The notes under the pieces are model-generated. The model searched no databases. It saw only the letters and a program-made list of their open reading frames with translations, and had not been told where the DNA came from. Shown one piece after another: positions 61,239 to 64,000 of a stretch of 64,000 bases of DNA. The DNA is from Betaproteobacteria bacterium. GTDB lineage: Bacteria; Pseudomonadota; Gammaproteobacteria; Burkholderiales; SG8-41. The stretch lies in the NCBI GenBank assembly GCA_025363435.1, contig JANYDY010000031.1, positions 14,584 through 78,583 on the forward strand. The letters are read 5' to 3'. Each line of letters begins with the position of its first letter. Within the stretch, counting starts at the first letter, position 1. The translations under genes and the position numbers were made by a program.

Positions 61239-61460
61239 ATGGCCAGAATCGAAGTCAAATCGGAAATTACCGGTACCTTGTGGAAGCTTAGCGTGCAAGT
61301 CGGTGACAAGGTTGAAGATGGCGGCGTCGTGATGATCGTCGAATCGATGAAAATGGAAATCCCGGTGATTGCCGAGGACGGTGGCATGGTCAAAGAAATT
61401 CTCGTGCAGCCGAAAGACGCGGTCGCCGAAGGCCAGGTAGTCGCAATTCTCGAAGGCTAG
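61239..61460 (+). CDS. Free-standing biotinyl carrier domain protein (BCCP-like, 73 aa)
   Basis: Start placed at ATG 61239. MARIEVKSEITGTLWKL..VMIVESMKMEIPV.. carries the E-S-M-K-M biotinylation motif of biotin/lipoyl attachment domains. No linker or biotin carboxylase domain is attached. Confidence 0.8.
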   Translation: MARIEVKSEITGTLWKLSVQVGDKVEDGGVVMIVESMKMEIPVIAEDGGMVKEILVQPKDAVAEGQVVAILEG

Positions 61461-62173
61461 CGCCCGCCGCTTTCCTCAAGTTTTTTGATTGCAGCATCGC
61501 GCGAGTCGCGCACCCGGCGTTCCGCCGTGCGTTGCGCACTTTCGCCGTCACCCTCGCGAATCGCGCGCACCAGTTCCTGCCAATGCCTGACCGACTGGCG
61601 CCGCCGCTGCTCGGTCGAAAGCCCCAGCTTTGAATATCGCAGCGTTTGCTGTGCCAGCGCGCCCAATATGGTGCGCAGGCGTGCGCTGCGCGTCGCCGAG
61701 TTGAGCAGGCGGTTGAGCCTGAACACCGTCTCCGCATAATCGTCGCTGTGCGCCGGTTCGCGCGCCTGCGCCGCCAGTTTTTTCACTTCGGCTTCGATCA
61801 GCGGCAACAGCTGCCGGCGCTGCGGATCTTCGGCGATATCGCGGTCGCGCAGGCCGTTGAGCGCGGCGCGGATGTCGAAAATTTCTTTTACTTCACCGAT
61901 AGTCAGATTGGTGACCTGGGCGCCGCGGCGTGGCAGTATGGTCACCAGCCCGTCCTTTTCGAGCAGACGCAGGGCTTCGCGCACCGGGCCGCGGCTGACC
62001 GCAAACTCGCCTGCCACCACCTGCTCCATGATGCGTTGCCCCGGCGCGCAGGCGCCGGAGGTAATGCGAACTGCCAGCTGTGCCGCGATCTGTTCCGGCA
62101 GCGACAGCGTCAGCGGCGCCGCCGCCAGAGCAGCGGGCGGCGCGGTTGCAGCGGAGGCGGGTTGGCGGGCCAT
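61457..62173 (-). CDS. GntR-family transcriptional regulator (FadR/FCD type)
   Basis: 238 aa. N-terminal winged HTH (...GEFAVSRGPVREALRLLEKDGLVTILPRRGAQV) and a helical C-terminal FCD-like domain. Confidence 0.88.
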   Translation of the reverse strand: MARQPASAATAPPAALAAAPLTLSLPEQIAAQLAVRITSGACAPGQRIMEQVVAGEFAVSRGPVREALRLLEKDGLVTILPRRGAQVTNLTIGEVKEIFDIRAALNGLRDRDIAEDPQRRQLLPLIEAEVKKLAAQAREPAHSDDYAETVFRLNRLLNSATRSARLRTILGALAQQTLRYSKLGLSTEQRRRQSVRHWQELVRAIREGDGESAQRTAERRVRDSRDAAIKKLEESGGR

Positions 62174-62195
62174 AAGTCCGAAGGTAGCGGTGTTC

Positions 62196-62248
62196 TTGTC
62201 AGATTGTCAACAATCTTATTGACAACAAAAGCGGGTGGGCGCTAGGAT
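62196..62248. promoter_or_regulatory. Inverted repeat and candidate promoter in the divergent GntR/carboxyltransferase spacer
   Basis: TTGTCAA (62204-62210) N8 TTGACAA (62219-62225), plus an extra TTGTCA at 62196-62201. TTGACA (62219-62224), an 18-nt spacer and TAGGAT (62243-62248) read as a sigma70-like promoter toward the CT gene. Confidence 0.4.
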
Positions 62249-62309
62249 AGCCACTCATTTTCGGCGGGGGCGTCCCGCGCATCCGCCGATCCGGAGCCGC
62301 GAATTCGTC

Positions 62310-63878
62310 ATGAGTTGGACGGAAGAAATCGACGAGATACACCGCCGCCGCGCGCGCGCGGAACAATGCGGCGGCGCCGAGGCGGTGGCGCGGCATCACG
62401 CCGCCGGCAAGCTAACCATCCGTGAACGCATCGACGGCCTGCTCGATGCGAAATCATTCCAGGAAGTCGGCAAACTCGCCGGCACTGCGAAATACGATGA
62501 CGCCGGCAAGCTGCTTTCGTTTACGCCGTCGCCGTATGTCGCCGGCATCGGCAAAATCGACGGCCGTCCGGTTGCGGTCGGCGGCGAGGATTACACAATC
62601 AAGGGCGGCGCCGGTTACGGCGGCGCGCGGCGCAAAGGCGGCCAGGGCGGTTTCATCGAAGACCTGGCGAATCTGTATCGCATCCCGTTGGTCAATCTGA
62701 TCGATGGCGTTGGTGGCAGCGTGACGTCGATTTCGCGCCGCGGTCATTCGACTTTCCCCGGCTCAGGGCCCGATGGTTTCGAGCGCTCGGTCGAGTTGAT
62801 GGGCATCGTGCCGGTCGTCAGCGCAGTGATGGGCACGGCTGCCGGCGGGCCTTCGGGCCGCGCCATCCTCGCTCACTGGAGCGTGATGGTCAAAGATAGC
62901 AGCCAGATATTCGCCGCCGGTCCGCCGGTGGTCGAGCGCGCTTACAACACCAAGGTTACGAAAGAAGAACTCGGCGGCCACAAGATGGCGGTCGATACCG
63001 CCGGCACCATCGACAACGCTGCCGATTCCGAAGCCGATTGCTTGGCGCAGATCCGGCGTTTTCTCTCGTACATGCCGTCGAACGTGTGGGAACTGCCGCC
63101 GCAGATCGTCTGCAGCGATGCGGTCGATCGTTGCGAAGACGTGCTGGCATCGATTATTCCGCGATCAAAGCGCCAGCCCTACGACATGCGCAAGCTGATC
63201 GAATTGATCGTTGATCGCGAGTCGACGTTCGAAATTCAGCCGAGCTTCGGTCGCGCCGTGATCACCACGCTGGCGCGCATGAACGGCATGGTGGTCGGCG
63301 TGATCGCTTTTAATCCGATGTTCGGTGGCGTGGTTGACGTCAAGGCGGCGCGCAAGCAGGCGCATTTCACCGAGCTCTGCGATACCTTCAACATACCGTT
63401 GATCTTTTTTGTCGATGTGCCGGGGTTTCAGATCGGCATGGAAGCCGAGGCCGCCGGCATTTTACGCATCGGCATGCAGGCGCGTTATCTCAACATGCAG
63501 CTCACGGTGCCGACTTACACCGTCGTCGTGCGCAACTGCTACGGCATGGCCGGCGGCAACACCATAGACCGCAGCGGACTGAATTTCAAAATCGCCTGGC
63601 CGTCGGCCGAATGGGGTTCGCTGCCGATTGAGGGCGGCGTCAAAGCAGCATTCAAGCGCGAGCTTGCGGCAGCTGAAGATCCCGTTGCCAAAGAGGCCGA
63701 AATTGAAGCGGAAATAAAGCGCATGACCTCGCCCTTTCTGACGGCCGAAGCATTCGGCGTTGAAGACCTGATCGATCCGCGCGAAACGCGGCCTTACCTG
63801 TGCCGTTTTCTCGAAGCCGCGCAGGTTGGTATGAAAACGCGGCTCGGGCCGAAATTGCGCAGCGGCGTGCGTCCCTAA
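62310..63878 (+). CDS. Acyl-CoA carboxylase carboxyltransferase family protein, paralogue 2 (divergent subtype)
   Basis: Start placed at ATG 62310 (MSWTEEIDEIHRRR...). Contains ...KLTIRERIDGLLD..., ...VPGFQIGMEAE... and ...IDPRETR.... 522 aa. The ORF track extends to 62235. Confidence 0.85.
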   Translation: MSWTEEIDEIHRRRARAEQCGGAEAVARHHAAGKLTIRERIDGLLDAKSFQEVGKLAGTAKYDDAGKLLSFTPSPYVAGIGKIDGRPVAVGGEDYTIKGGAGYGGARRKGGQGGFIEDLANLYRIPLVNLIDGVGGSVTSISRRGHSTFPGSGPDGFERSVELMGIVPVVSAVMGTAAGGPSGRAILAHWSVMVKDSSQIFAAGPPVVERAYNTKVTKEELGGHKMAVDTAGTIDNAADSEADCLAQIRRFLSYMPSNVWELPPQIVCSDAVDRCEDVLASIIPRSKRQPYDMRKLIELIVDRESTFEIQPSFGRAVITTLARMNGMVVGVIAFNPMFGGVVDVKAARKQAHFTELCDTFNIPLIFFVDVPGFQIGMEAEAAGILRIGMQARYLNMQLTVPTYTVVVRNCYGMAGGNTIDRSGLNFKIAWPSAEWGSLPIEGGVKAAFKRELAAAEDPVAKEAEIEAEIKRMTSPFLTAEAFGVEDLIDPRETRPYLCRFLEAAQVGMKTRLGPKLRSGVRP

Positions 63879-63900
63879 TTGAAACCAGAGGAACAAGGCA

Positions 63901-64000
63901 ATGGCATTTGAAAAATTGATGGCCGAATACGAAACCCGCCGCGCCAAAGCACTCGGCATGGGCGGGCCTGACAAAATCGCGCGGCGCAAAAAATCCGGTC
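63901..64000 (+). CDS. Acyl-CoA carboxylase carboxyltransferase, paralogue 3 (5' fragment; continues beyond window)
   Basis: MAFEKLMAEYETRRAKALGMGGPDKIARRKKSG is colinear with the N-terminus of paralogue 1 (MAFEEPLKQLRERSERALAMGGPEKLAKRKAEG). GAGGAA RBS 22 nt after the paralogue 2 stop. Confidence 0.7.
   Translation, partial: MAFEKLMAEYETRRAKALGMGGPDKIARRKKSG

Overview
This 64-kb window is a GC-rich (about 60%), densely coding chromosomal segment around the replication origin. Gene order suggests a betaproteobacterium: atpIBEFHAGDC next to parAB-rsmG-mnmG, rsmB-DUF4390-ntrYX, a Bug/TTT transporter, and dprA-topB. Left to right it holds: a SPOR fragment and two tandem dsbA genes; glmS-glmU-glpD; the complete F1Fo ATP synthase operon; parB-parA-rsmG-mnmG; mnmE-yidC-rnpA-rpmH; dnaA-dnaN-gyrB; an mdtABC-type RND efflux operon with its own outer-membrane factor; topB-dprA-LysM (minus strand); def-fmt-rsmB-DUF4390-ntrY-ntrX; a glycolytic/pentose block tkt-gap-pgk-pyk-fba (class I aldolase); tctB-tctA; and an accessory-looking cluster. 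That cluster contains a Bug-type binding protein, three paralogous acyl-CoA carboxyltransferases, a 73-aa free-standing biotinyl carrier, a crotonase, a secreted hypothetical protein and a GntR/FCD regulator. I saw no rRNA, tRNA, CRISPR array, IS element, integrase or prophage gene. Almost every base is explained by a recognisable gene, so I do not see a clearly novel multi-gene system. The best candidates for follow-up are: (1) the multi-carboxyltransferase plus orphan-BCCP cluster at 57-64 kb, which is cut by the window edge; (2) the RND pump start-overlapped with gyrB, whose MdtA carries a 3 x 120-bp in-frame tandem repeat encoding a basic Gly-rich tail; (3) an NtrX-type regulator with a gutted AAA+ domain; (4) origin-region cis elements (a perfect parS, DnaA boxes, a strand switch); and (5) an apparently decayed yidD. 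All calls come from reading the translations and sequence by eye, and no database search was possible.
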